Positions 1 to 8,746 of a DNA stretch of 34,251 nucleotides are shown piece after piece. The translations under genes were made by a program, and so were the position numbers. The stretch is taken from the NCBI GenBank assembly GCA_037445735.1, contig JBBIJY010000016.1, positions 20,125 to 54,375 of the forward strand, written 5' to 3'. This DNA is from Armatimonadota bacterium. Lineage in GTDB: Bacteria > Armatimonadota > Fimbriimonadia > Fimbriimonadales > GBS-DC. Each line of letters begins with the position of its first letter. Position 1 is the stretch's first letter. The notes beneath the pieces were generated by a model that was not told where the DNA came from, did no database searches, and worked only from the letters and a program-made list of their open reading frames with translations.

Positions 1-147
1 CGCTTAGAGCGACTGGAGCAGAGCCACCAGGAGCTGGTGCAGAGCCATCAGGCGGCGATAGCGCGCTTAGAGCGACTGGAGCAGAGCCATCAAGAGCTGG
101 TACAGAGCCATCAGGAAGGACTTAACCGTTTGGCGCGACTGGAACAG
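1..147 (+). repeat. 63-bp (21-aa) in-frame tandem repeat, about 2.3 copies visible
   Basis: cgcttagagcgactggagcagagcca starts at 1 and 64; a degenerate third unit (cgtttggcgcgactggaacag) starts at 127. Confidence 0.9.
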
Positions 148-654
148 ATTGTTGAGCGTATCAGCCGAACTGTGGAGCAGCTGCTGGAGTGGTCGAGGTA
201 TGCGGAGCGCGACATCGGCAGGCTCAAGGGAATCAGTCTGGAGCTCCAGTATTATAATCGTGCGCCCGCGCTCTTTGGCTACTATGTGAAGCGCCCGCGC
301 GTAGTGAATGTGGGACACCTGCTGGATGAGCTGCGCGAGCAGGGGCATACTTTCACGGAGGAGGAGTGGAACAATCTCGCTGCGATTGATGTGCTTCTGT
401 CAGCGCGGCATCCGAAAACGGATGAAAAGATTTACCTCGCGATAGAGGTATCGTGGATGCTCTATCCCGACGATGTGGAGCGCGCCTACCAGCGGGCGGA
501 GCTTCTGCGAGCACGGGGGCTGAGTGTCTATCCCGCTGTGGCGGGAGAGGGCATCACCCCTGACGCTCGCGAACGGGTTCAGCGATACGAGATGATGCTT
601 CTGCTCGATGGGGTGGCGTCGCATGGGGGGCTGATCGCGCGTGAACAGCAGTAA
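1..654 (+). CDS. Coiled-coil repeat protein with C-terminal PD-(D/E)XK-like domain (DUF3782-like), 5'-truncated by window edge
   Basis: Frame open from base 1 (RLERLEQSHQELVQSHQ...). Heptad repeats are followed by 'IDVLL...LAIEVS...DDVERA..RA..L', resembling degenerate restriction-endonuclease-fold proteins of thermophiles. Confidence 0.7.
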   Translation, partial: RLERLEQSHQELVQSHQAAIARLERLEQSHQELVQSHQEGLNRLARLEQIVERISRTVEQLLEWSRYAERDIGRLKGISLELQYYNRAPALFGYYVKRPRVVNVGHLLDELREQGHTFTEEEWNNLAAIDVLLSARHPKTDEKIYLAIEVSWMLYPDDVERAYQRAELLRARGLSVYPAVAGEGITPDARERVQRYEMMLLLDGVASHGGLIAREQQ

Positions 655-725
655 ATCTCCCGCCGCCTTGACGAAGGATTATCCAGTAGTGAGGGGGTAT
701 CTTATAGACTGCAGGAGGTGAACCC

Positions 726-2018
726 ATGCGAACTGGCTTGCGAGCGTTAACACTGGCGCTCCTTAGCGTCTGGACAGGTATAGCTGCGCATGCCGACAGC
801 GTGCAGGTCGTGCTGGGACCCTTCACAGCGCCCGGGCAGGGCATGTTCAGCCATGTTGACCTGTTTCCGATGCCGATCACCCCACCCTACTGGATAACAG
901 GCTTCGAGGTGGCAGTGGTGGACGCGAGCGGTAATCCCCTTGGGCATGACACGGTGCATCTGCATCACACGCTGGTGGGCAATCTGGCGCGCCGGGCGTT
1001 GCCTGGCTCGGTGTGGGGGTCGTTCTACGAGATCTTCATGGGCGCGGGGCACGAAATGGTGCCCGTTGCGTTCCCCACTGGCTATGGCTACTATGTGGCG
1101 CCAGGCGATACATTAGCCTATCAGGTGGAAATCATGAGTATGACAGGCGCCGATGTGCCCGGTGTCTATATCGTCTATACCATCGAATACACCTACCAGC
1201 CGCAGCGCCATGTGCGCCCCTTCTGGATGAGCGCGGTCTCGGGCTTCGAGTATGATGTGCCGCCAGGGGGCAATCAGGGCGACGGGAATGACCTGCGCTC
1301 GCGTCAATGGACGATGCCCGTGAGCGGGCGTATTCACGGCTTGCTGCCTCACCTGCATGCGGGCGGACAGTGGATCGAGCTGCTGCGCGCTTCGGGCGAA
1401 CTCATCTGGCACGCGGACGCCTACTATCACGAGGATCACCTGCATCTGACTTACTGGTCCGACCCGGAAGGTGTGCCTGTGCAGCAGGGTGAACGGCTCA
1501 CCGTGCGGGCAGGCTACTTCAACCCTGGTCCGGGCTGGATTGACAGCGCGATGGCGCTGATGGTCGCCATCATCCACGCGCCCATCACGCTGGAGGGCAC
1601 GGTGACGCTTAGCCAATATGCAGGCAACCCGTCGCAGGTGGAGGTGACCGTGCAGACGCTGATGCCCAGCACCAGCAATGTGGTGGAGCAGTGGAGCGGC
1701 AGACTCTCGGCGAATGGCAGCTTCTCGTTCCAGCCGTTGCGTCCTGGCACCTATGATGTGGCGATTAAAGGGCGCCATTTCCTGCGCAAAATCGTGCGCG
1801 GTGTGTCGCTGAGCGATGGTCAAACGACGCGCGTGCAGGTGGCGCTCACCAACGGTGATGTCAACGGCGATAATCGTGTCGATGATGCTGACCTGCTGAT
1901 GGTGCTGTTCGCGTTTGGCGCTCAGGGTGGGTCGCCTGCCGATATAACGGGCGATGGGCGCGTGGACGACAGCGACCTGCTCACGGTGCTGTTTAACTTC
2001 GGGCAGGTGGGCGAATGA
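726..2018 (+). CDS. Secreted copper type II monooxygenase-like (PHM/DBH-fold) protein with Ig-like/carboxypeptidase-regulatory-like domain and C-terminal dockerin-like EF-hand pair
   Basis: SD ggaggt; signal peptide ending AHA-D; HLHH, PHLHAGG and DSAM motifs; tail [15 protein letters not shown]...[15 protein letters not shown]. Confidence 0.65.
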   Translation: MRTGLRALTLALLSVWTGIAAHADSVQVVLGPFTAPGQGMFSHVDLFPMPITPPYWITGFEVAVVDASGNPLGHDTVHLHHTLVGNLARRALPGSVWGSFYEIFMGAGHEMVPVAFPTGYGYYVAPGDTLAYQVEIMSMTGADVPGVYIVYTIEYTYQPQRHVRPFWMSAVSGFEYDVPPGGNQGDGNDLRSRQWTMPVSGRIHGLLPHLHAGGQWIELLRASGELIWHADAYYHEDHLHLTYWSDPEGVPVQQGERLTVRAGYFNPGPGWIDSAMALMVAIIHAPITLEGTVTLSQYAGNPSQVEVTVQTLMPSTSNVVEQWSGRLSANGSFSFQPLRPGTYDVAIKGRHFLRKIVRGVSLSDGQTTRVQVALTNGDVNGDNRVDDADLLMVLFAFGAQGGSPADITGDGRVDDSDLLTVLFNFGQVGE

Positions 2019-3097
2019 ACAGCTTCGGGCACCTGTTCCGCATCACGACATGGGGCGAGTCGCATGGAGGCGCGGTGGGCGTGGTGGTCGACGGCTGCCC
2101 GCCGCGCATCCCCATCACCCCTGAAGAGATTCAGGCGGAGTTAGACCGCCGCCGTCCGGGTCAGAGTCGGCTCGTCTCCCAGCGCAGGGAAGGAGACACG
2201 GTGCAGATTCTGTCGGGCGTGTTCGATGGGCAGACGCTCGGCACGCCCATCCTGATGCTGGTGTGGAACACCGACGCTCGCCCTGAAGCCTATGAGCCGT
2301 TCAAGCACCTCTATCGCCCCTCGCACGCCGATTACACCTATCAGGCGAAGTACGGCATCCGCGACTGGCGGGGTGGGGGACGCAGCAGCGCACGCGAAAC
2401 CATCGGGCGTGTGGCAGCAGGCGCGCTCGCCAAAAAGGTGTTGAAAATCCTCTGGAGCGTCGAAATCATCGGCTGGGTGGAACAGATTCACACCCTGTGC
2501 GCGACGGTGAACCCCGAAGCCGTTACGCTGGAGCAGGTGGAGAGCAACCCTGTGCGCTGTCCCGACCCCGAGATTGCCCCGCAGATGATCGAGCGCATCG
2601 AGCAGGTGCGCAAGCAGGGCGATTCGGTGGGTGGGGTGATTCGCTGTGTGGCGCGCAATGTGCCCCCGGGCTGGGGTAGCCCCGTGTTCGATAAGCTGGA
2701 AGCTGACCTCGCGAAGGCGGTGATGAGCATTCCTGCCACGAAAGGCTTCGAGATAGGCTCAGGCTTTCGCGGCGTGTCGATGCTCGGTAGCGAGCATAAC
2801 GACGAGTTCTACACCGACGAATCGGGTCGCATTCGCACGCGCACGAACTTTTCCGGTGGCGTGCAGGGCGGCATCAGTAATGGCGAGCTGATCGATATCC
2901 GCGTCGCCTTTAAGCCGACGGCGACCATCTTTCGGGAGCAGGCGACGGTGGACGAATGGGGCGAGCCGGTGATTCTTAAAGCGCGCGGTCGGCACGACCC
3001 CTGCGTGGTGCCGCGTGCTGTGCCGATTGTGGAGGCGATGGTCGCGCTGGTGCTGGTGGACCACGCGCTGCGCCATCGCGGGCAGTGCGGTGGATAG
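2015..3097 (+). CDS. aroC: Chorismate synthase
   Basis: [44 protein letters not shown] signature motifs. Confidence 0.98.
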   Translation: MNSFGHLFRITTWGESHGGAVGVVVDGCPPRIPITPEEIQAELDRRRPGQSRLVSQRREGDTVQILSGVFDGQTLGTPILMLVWNTDARPEAYEPFKHLYRPSHADYTYQAKYGIRDWRGGGRSSARETIGRVAAGALAKKVLKILWSVEIIGWVEQIHTLCATVNPEAVTLEQVESNPVRCPDPEIAPQMIERIEQVRKQGDSVGGVIRCVARNVPPGWGSPVFDKLEADLAKAVMSIPATKGFEIGSGFRGVSMLGSEHNDEFYTDESGRIRTRTNFSGGVQGGISNGELIDIRVAFKPTATIFREQATVDEWGEPVILKARGRHDPCVVPRAVPIVEAMVALVLVDHALRHRGQCGG

Positions 3098-3129
3098 CCC
3101 GCAAAAGTACCAGATTTTGTCATTTACCC

Positions 3130-3158
3130 TTCAGATAGCCGCGTGTCGCGCCTATAAT
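3130..3158 (+). promoter_or_regulatory. Putative sigma70 promoter of the HD-GYP regulator
   Basis: TTCAGA-N17-TATAAT, 43 nt upstream of the ATG at 3202. Confidence 0.55.
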
Positions 3159-3201
3159 CCCATCAGCGCATGGAGGCGCGGGACGGAGGGCTATCCAGTC
3201 C

Positions 3202-4269
3202 ATGGAGGTTTACCATCTTTTTCCAGAGGCAACAGCGGCATCGACCGCACCACCGCGGCGGCGTGTGCTGATTGTGGATGACGATAATCTGGTGCGGGAC
3301 ACGCTCCGATTTGTGCTGGAGGACGCGGGCTATGATGTGTGGGCAACGGCGCACGGTGCCGACGCGCTCGCCGTGCTGGAAAGCCAGCCCATCGACATCG
3401 TGCTGAGCGACATTTTTATGCCCGGCATGAATGGGTTTGATTTATTGAAGCAGATTCGCGCGCGTCGCCCCGATGTGCCCGTGATTCTGGTCACCGGGTT
3501 CGGCAACATCGAGATGGCGCGGCAGGCGCTCAAGGAGGGCGCGACCGACTTCATCACCAAGCCATACAATGTCCACGAAATCCCGATATTGATTGAGCGC
3601 AATCTCACGCGCCACACGCTGGAAAGCACGCGCACGAGCGCCCTTCAGGAGGAGGTGCAGCGCTCCTACCGCGCCACGCTGGAGGCGCTGCTGGCGGCGT
3701 TAGATACGCGCGATACCGAGACCGAAGGGCACTCGGAGCGTGTCGCCGCCTACACCATGCTGATTGCCCAGCAGCTTAACCTCTCGCAGGAGGAGCTCCA
3801 GCACATTGAGCGGGGCGCACTGCTGCATGACATCGGCAAAATCGGTGTGCCCGACCATATTCTTTACAAGCCTGGTCCGCTCACCCCCGATGAGTGGGAG
3901 ATTATGAAGCAGCATCCCGTGATCGGCTACAAAATGTGCATGAAGGTGGAAATGTTGCGCCCTGCCGCCCCGATTGTGCTGCATCATCATGAGCGGTGGG
4001 ACGGCAAGGGCTATCCGCACAGTTTGAGCGGGGAAGAGATCCCGCTCGGTGCCCGCATCTTCGCCATCGCCGATACGCTGGACGCGATGACATCGGATCG
4101 TCCGTATCGCAAGGCGCTCTCCTTCGCGCAGGCACGCGAAGAGATCGAGCGCTGCGCTGGCAGCCAGTTCGACCCTGAGCTGGTCAGGGTCTTTCTCCGC
4201 TTGCCCGAAGAGGAGTTGCGCATGATTCGGGAGGTCACCATCTCCAATCGGGAAGCGCGTGCTGCATGA
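3202..4269 (+). CDS. Response regulator with HD-GYP cyclic-dinucleotide phosphodiesterase domain (RpfG-like)
   Basis: REC domain (LIVDDD, SDIFMPGMNG, KP); HD-GYP motifs HSERV, LLHDIGKIG, HHERWDGKGYP, RPYRKA. Confidence 0.95.
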   Translation: MEVYHLFPEATAASTAPPRRRVLIVDDDNLVRDTLRFVLEDAGYDVWATAHGADALAVLESQPIDIVLSDIFMPGMNGFDLLKQIRARRPDVPVILVTGFGNIEMARQALKEGATDFITKPYNVHEIPILIERNLTRHTLESTRTSALQEEVQRSYRATLEALLAALDTRDTETEGHSERVAAYTMLIAQQLNLSQEELQHIERGALLHDIGKIGVPDHILYKPGPLTPDEWEIMKQHPVIGYKMCMKVEMLRPAAPIVLHHHERWDGKGYPHSLSGEEIPLGARIFAIADTLDAMTSDRPYRKALSFAQAREEIERCAGSQFDPELVRVFLRLPEEELRMIREVTISNREARAA

Positions 4270-4277
4270 CCACCCCC

Positions 4278-4463
4278 TCAAGCGGACTGGCGCCGGGTCG
4301 CGAACGCGCGCCGCAGCAGCGCGATCACACGCTGCAGCTCCTCATACGCTGCCTGACACGACGGACAGGTCTCCAGATGTCGTTCCAGCTGCTCGGCGAG
4401 ACGGGGATGCAGGTCGTTCATCAGATGGGCTTCCATATACTCCCGTGCCTGCCGACAGGTCAT
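4278..4463 (-). CDS. Small zinc-finger (zf-HC2/ZAS) anti-sigma factor
   Basis: MTC...HLETCPSC (HxxxCxxC); starts 3 nt after the ECF sigma stop; 61 aa, no TM segment. Confidence 0.85.
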   Translation of the reverse strand: MTCRQAREYMEAHLMNDLHPRLAEQLERHLETCPSCQAAYEELQRVIALLRRAFATRRQSA

Positions 4464-4466
4464 GGC

Positions 4467-5010
4467 TTATCCATCCTCCTCTGTGATGGCTCGCACAATC
4501 GGATGGGCGCGCAATCGGGCAAGCGCGCGGTTGATCCGCTTCCGAACCGCCTCCACATTGATACCCATCGCTTTGGCGATTTCGTGATAGCGCATGCCAT
4601 CGCCATACCGCATCTCGATCATGCGCCTGTCCTCTTCCGACAGCGTCTGCAGCACCTGCTGCAGCACCATATAAAGCAAGGTCTCATCCTCATACGAGGC
4701 ATACGGCTCCGACTCGGTGTCGGCTTCCAGACCCAGCGAACACATCTCCAGCTCGCGGCGTCGCTCGCGTAGCCCAGGTGAAGACCGTGTTGCGCACCAG
4801 CACCTGCAGCCATGGGTCCAACTTATCGGTATCGCGTAGCTGCTCCAGGCTGTTGTAGACCCGCAGCAGGCATTCCTGGGTCAGGTCTTCGACATCGTCG
4901 TCGCCCGAGCGCACATAACGGCGCACGATTCGCTCGATGCGCGGACGCAGCGACGCAAAGAACTGCTGCTCCGCATACTCCGTCGCAAAGTACCTTTCCG
5001 AATATTGCAT
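4467..5010 (-). pseudogene. ECF (sigma-70 family) RNA polymerase sigma factor interrupted by a 1-nt insertion (or sequencing error)
   Basis: Sigma2 (DVEDLTQECLLRVY...WLQVLVRN) in ORF 4690-5010 and sigma4 (LSEEDRR..EMRY..GMRYHEIA..MGIN..AVRKRINRA) in ORF 4467-4745. Deleting one C of CCC 4773-4775 fuses them into one 180-aa frame. Confidence 0.85.
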
Positions 5011-5255
5011 GGTCGAGCCACCTTCCTTCCGTCCAAGCCCCCTGAGAGCTTCACCTGTTAATGACTCAAAAAGCGGTCAAAACCGGACAGGTTGCGGGAC
5101 GAATTTCGCCGATTTTGCCCGATTTGGGGGCAGGTGCAAATCGATGGGGCATCGGAATACAACAAGTGGCTCTGAGAGGTTCGTTCACTGGAGAGTAACC
5201 TTCCCTCACAGAGCGTGGACGGGTGCAGCCCCTTTCCGCGACCTGCTCCACACCT

Positions 5256-5291
5256 ATTATATTTATATATCGATTCGCCCCTTTTTGCCAA
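5256..5291 (-). promoter_or_regulatory. Putative sigma70 promoter upstream of the ECF sigma operon
   Basis: Minus strand TTGGCA-N18-TATAAA immediately followed by TATAAT, in an AT-rich patch. Confidence 0.45.
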
Positions 5292-5302
5292 GAGGTGGCA
5301 GG

Positions 5303-6991
5303 CTATTCGAGTATTAGCTCTGTGCGCACGGTTCCTGCGCGTTCATGGCGTGCAGTCAGGCGCACGGTGCCGCCGTTCGGGGCATGAATAACCCACTCCA
5401 CCTTCGCGCGATCCTCAGTGGGGTCCGAGTGCCACATGGTGATGGCGGAGGGTTTATAGGCGCGCCCTTCGAGCTGACCCAGTTCCTCGCGCGGTTGACC
5501 TGTGCGGAGGGTCGCTCCTTCGGGCAGTTCGATCTCAGCGATCACGCCGCGCACCACCTTCTTTTCAAGCGCTTTTTTGGTGATGTAGGTGGGTAGCCAG
5601 CCTGTGTTCTGCACCACCAGTCGTACCTGATAGAGACCATCGCCCAGCGGGATAGCTTTCGCCTCATAAATCGCGAGCTTCGGTGAGATGAGCAGGTGCC
5701 ACACCAGCCAGTCGGGGAAGCGGGCGACCTCTTTCTCAAGGAACTCGGGTGGCGGGTTGCGCCAGGCATACATCATGTCCCAGCCGCCCAGTTCGACCCT
5801 GCCCAGCTGGGGATGGTCAAACTCGTACCAGTCCACATAGCCTCTGCCGCCCAGCACCTCATCGCTCCAGCGCAGCAGCTTGAGGTCGTCCTCAACGGGA
5901 TGCTCACGATACCAGTCGATGAACTTATAATCGGTGATGCCCGCCTGTTGTTGCGGACTCCAGATTTCCACAGTCCATGCGAACACGCCCAGATGGTCGT
6001 ACATCCAGTCGTCGAACACGCCTGAGATGTACTCTTTGGGGTGGTATTTGAAGTCGTGGAACACGCTCACATTGGGGTAGCCCGTAATCTGGGTGCCTTT
6101 GGCGCCGATTTTCTGGTAAGTCCAGAGGTCTTCGGCAGGGAAGGCGTCGTCGGATTGATGGCTGTAGGGTCGAAGCAGTACGCCGCCCCAGGTGTGGAAG
6201 GTGACAGCGCCTGTGATATTGGGATGTTTCACGATGAAGTCGACCATTGCGCGCACTTCGGGTTCGGAGGTGGGGTAGGGACCTGCGCCCGGTTGCTCAT
6301 GTTCCTGGCGCCAGTTGGAGGGGAAGTTGCGATTGAGGTCGAGCCGCTCCTTTTTGGGCTGGATGGTGAGGATGGCGGGGTCAAAGGGTTCGTCGAAGCG
6401 TCCTTCGGGCAGGATGCGATAGTACTCACCGCCTTCCTCGTCGGGTTCGCGGCGTATCATCAGGCGCGGCTCGTCGGGATGCTTTTTCCAGTTGCCGTTG
6501 GGGTCAGGAATGCGCATCAGCAGCATGCGCCCATCGTTATCGATATCCTCCGTTACCAGCCCGCCGATGGGTTCCTCATCGTAAGGGTAGGGGCGGGTGC
6601 TGGAGCGAACGATTTTGGGCTTGTCGGCTAATGCCCATTCCGCGCCGTCGGGGTTCACCCGCGGGCAGATGTAGAAGGCGCGTGTGTCCAGACAGCGCGT
6701 GATGGCGGGATGCGTGCCGTACTCCTGCACCAGCCGATGAATGAAATAGAGGCAGGCGGTGGAGGGAGAGACCTCGCTCGCGTGGATATTGCCGTCCACC
6801 CAGAGCGCGGGCTTCTCGGTGTCCGCGCCCGTGGCGAAATTGGTAATGGTCAGCAGCCAGATGTCGCGCCCTTCATAGCTTTTGCCGATGCTCTCAATGC
6901 GCACAAGGTTCGGATTCTCTTCCGCGTAGGCGTTCAGGATGCGCGTCAGCTCATCATAGCGATAGAAGGTATCAAACCGTACCGATGGCAT
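5303..6991 (-). CDS. Zinc carboxypeptidase, peptidase M14 family
   Basis: HASE (HxxE) zinc motif, NPDG, DLNRNF, SEPE, TFHT; SD ggaggt; no signal peptide. Confidence 0.92.
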   Translation of the reverse strand: MPSVRFDTFYRYDELTRILNAYAEENPNLVRIESIGKSYEGRDIWLLTITNFATGADTEKPALWVDGNIHASEVSPSTACLYFIHRLVQEYGTHPAITRCLDTRAFYICPRVNPDGAEWALADKPKIVRSSTRPYPYDEEPIGGLVTEDIDNDGRMLLMRIPDPNGNWKKHPDEPRLMIRREPDEEGGEYYRILPEGRFDEPFDPAILTIQPKKERLDLNRNFPSNWRQEHEQPGAGPYPTSEPEVRAMVDFIVKHPNITGAVTFHTWGGVLLRPYSHQSDDAFPAEDLWTYQKIGAKGTQITGYPNVSVFHDFKYHPKEYISGVFDDWMYDHLGVFAWTVEIWSPQQQAGITDYKFIDWYREHPVEDDLKLLRWSDEVLGGRGYVDWYEFDHPQLGRVELGGWDMMYAWRNPPPEFLEKEVARFPDWLVWHLLISPKLAIYEAKAIPLGDGLYQVRLVVQNTGWLPTYITKKALEKKVVRGVIAEIELPEGATLRTGQPREELGQLEGRAYKPSAITMWHSDPTEDRAKVEWVIHAPNGGTVRLTARHERAGTVRTELILE

Positions 6992-7077
6992 TGTTCACCT
7001 CCGTACAGGGGATTCAGCAGGCAAGCGATGATTCCTGTTGACCAGCAGCGGGTATCCTATGAGGTGGGGAACCCATC

Positions 7078-7404
7078 GTGCGATTATCGGAATTCAAACG
7101 ATTGATCGAGGCGGAGTTCGGTCCGAATCTGCGCAATGCCACCCCGGCGAATGTGCGGGAGTTTCTGGATCGGCTTCAGCAGGAGGCGTATGCGGCGCGC
7201 AAGGCGCCGCGCTATGTGCTGAGGTCGGAGGCGGCACAGTCGTTCGAGGAGGTCGTGAAGGACTTCTTCGCGCGCGTGCTGGATATGCCCGAGCAGGAGG
7301 CGGCGATTTTGCTCTGGATGGTCGCCTTTGAGCTGGCGTTCGCCGCGATTGAGCATCAATATGCGGAGCAGTTAGACCCTCTGTTCCGTTCCACTGAGGA
7401 GTAA
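7078..7404 (+). CDS. Hypothetical protein (108 aa, helical)
   Basis: GTG start with gaggtgggg upstream; genome-typical codon use; fills the gap between the peptidase and flgE. Confidence 0.75.
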   Translation: MRLSEFKRLIEAEFGPNLRNATPANVREFLDRLQQEAYAARKAPRYVLRSEAAQSFEEVVKDFFARVLDMPEQEAAILLWMVAFELAFAAIEHQYAEQLDPLFRSTEE

Positions 7405-7440
7405 AAGCTGCCCGCTCCCCCGTGGCACGGGAGAGCAGGC
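7403..7440 (-). terminator. Probable intrinsic terminator after flgE
   Basis: Imperfect GC hairpin (ctgcccgctcccccg...cgggagagcag) followed by TTTT on the minus strand, between convergent genes. Confidence 0.5.
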
Positions 7441-7458
7441 ATGGAGGAGGGGCTTCAA

Positions 7459-8733
7459 CTACCGCTTCATGTTCACCACATCGGCGAGCAGTTCGTCGAC
7501 CACTGAGACGATGCGCGTGTTCGCCTGAAAGCCGCGCTGGGTAACAATCATGTCGGCGAACTCGGAGCCGAGGTCCACATTGGACTGTTCCAGGTAGCCC
7601 GCGTTGATTTCGCCCAGCCCGGCGGTGGTTGGTGGTGCGACCTGGGGCAACCCTGAGTTATCGGTGACGCGCCACATGTTGTTGCCCAGCCGTTCCAGCC
7701 CCGACGGGTTGGAAAAAAGTGCGAGCGCAATCCGACCCATCGGACGACTGAGACCGTTGGAGAAGATGCCCTGAACCGTGCCGTCGATGCCAATCGCGAA
7801 CTCTTGCAGAGTGCCGGGCGGGAAGCCATCCTGATAGACGGGTTGAACGGTGGATTCAGCCGCCAGCGAGGTGATTTTGGACAGATCCAGGGTGACGGTG
7901 AACGGGGGTGCGCCGTTGGTGGGAGTGATGGTGATTTGCTGGGTGCTGCTGCCAACAATATTGCCCGCTGAGTCGAAATAGAGGCGCGTGTTGCTGCCCG
8001 TGCTGAAGTCACCGATGGAGGTGCTGCCTTCGGTCGCACTCCACTCCCATGACATCACCGCACCAGCAGGGGCAGAGCCAGCAGGCGGACTCTGACGGTT
8101 AGTGAAGGTGAGCGTGATGTCGTGAGCACCGCCCAGCGAGTCGTACACGCGAACCGTCGCGGCGAACGAATCGCTGCTGTTCGCGTTCGCGTTCAGATTG
8201 CCTGTGTACTCGACACGGCTGGTCTGACGCACTGCTGCCTGTGACCCGACGGGGAACTGCAGCACGGAGCTGGCAGTGATTGCCTGGTTCGTGTCAATAA
8301 GACCGCCCGGATCAGCTCGCCAGCCCAGCACTTTCCAGCCCGTGCCCCGATGCACCAGGAAGCCGTTGGCATCCAGGGCAAATGCACCATCGCGTGTGTA
8401 CTGGATGTCGCGCCCGTTGGTGAGCATGAAGAAGCCGTTGCCCTGAATGGCGAGGTCCGTGCTGCGACCTGTTAGCTCGAGGGCACCCTGCAACGGCATG
8501 ATATCGATGGCGCCAACTTTCACGCCCAGTCCGACCTGCATCGGGTTCGTCCCACCCAGTACGCCCGATGGTCGGCTGGCTGCCCGCAGCGTCTGCGAAA
8601 GCAGATCCTGAAAATGCGCGCGTGCGCTCTTGAAGCCAACCGTGTTGATGTTGGCGATGTTGTTGCCAATCACATTCATTTTGATCTGGTGCGCTTTTAG
8701 ACTGGCGACACCTGAAAGCATAGCCTGCCACAT
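7459..8733 (-). CDS. flgE: Flagellar hook protein FlgE
   Basis: SGVASL.AHQ..MNVIGNNIANINTVGFK, TRDGAF, LEQSNVDL..EF.DMIVTQRGFQAN; ATG 8733 has SD gaggagg. Confidence 0.96.
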   Translation of the reverse strand: MWQAMLSGVASLKAHQIKMNVIGNNIANINTVGFKSARAHFQDLLSQTLRAASRPSGVLGGTNPMQVGLGVKVGAIDIMPLQGALELTGRSTDLAIQGNGFFMLTNGRDIQYTRDGAFALDANGFLVHRGTGWKVLGWRADPGGLIDTNQAITASSVLQFPVGSQAAVRQTSRVEYTGNLNANANSSDSFAATVRVYDSLGGAHDITLTFTNRQSPPAGSAPAGAVMSWEWSATEGSTSIGDFSTGSNTRLYFDSAGNIVGSSTQQITITPTNGAPPFTVTLDLSKITSLAAESTVQPVYQDGFPPGTLQEFAIGIDGTVQGIFSNGLSRPMGRIALALFSNPSGLERLGNNMWRVTDNSGLPQVAPPTTAGLGEINAGYLEQSNVDLGSEFADMIVTQRGFQANTRIVSVVDELLADVVNMKR

Positions 8734-8746
8734 GGTTTCAACCTCC

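Noticed and set aside
1..147. Direct repeats as a possible CRISPR array
   Set aside because: Units are contiguous, 63 bp, in frame and coding, with no unique spacers and no cas genes.
4765..4785. Programmed frameshift or phase-variable tract in the ECF sigma
   Set aside because: Only a 3-nt run; no slippery heptamer or long simple repeat.
5050..5121. c-di-GMP-I riboswitch resemblance (GGCAAA..CGAAA..CGCAA on the minus strand) near an HD-GYP gene
   Set aside because: The stem around GAAA pairs poorly, and the tetraloop receptor and 3' P1 strand are not evident. Kept only as a generic structured leader.
5040..5200. Glycine riboswitch-like words (aacctctcag, aagctctcagg)
   Set aside because: No GGAGA...CCGAAG core on the same strand and no glycine-related gene downstream.
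5058..5291. Small ORFs in the sigma-peptidase intergenic region
   Set aside because: No SD, atypical composition, and they overlap the predicted promoter.
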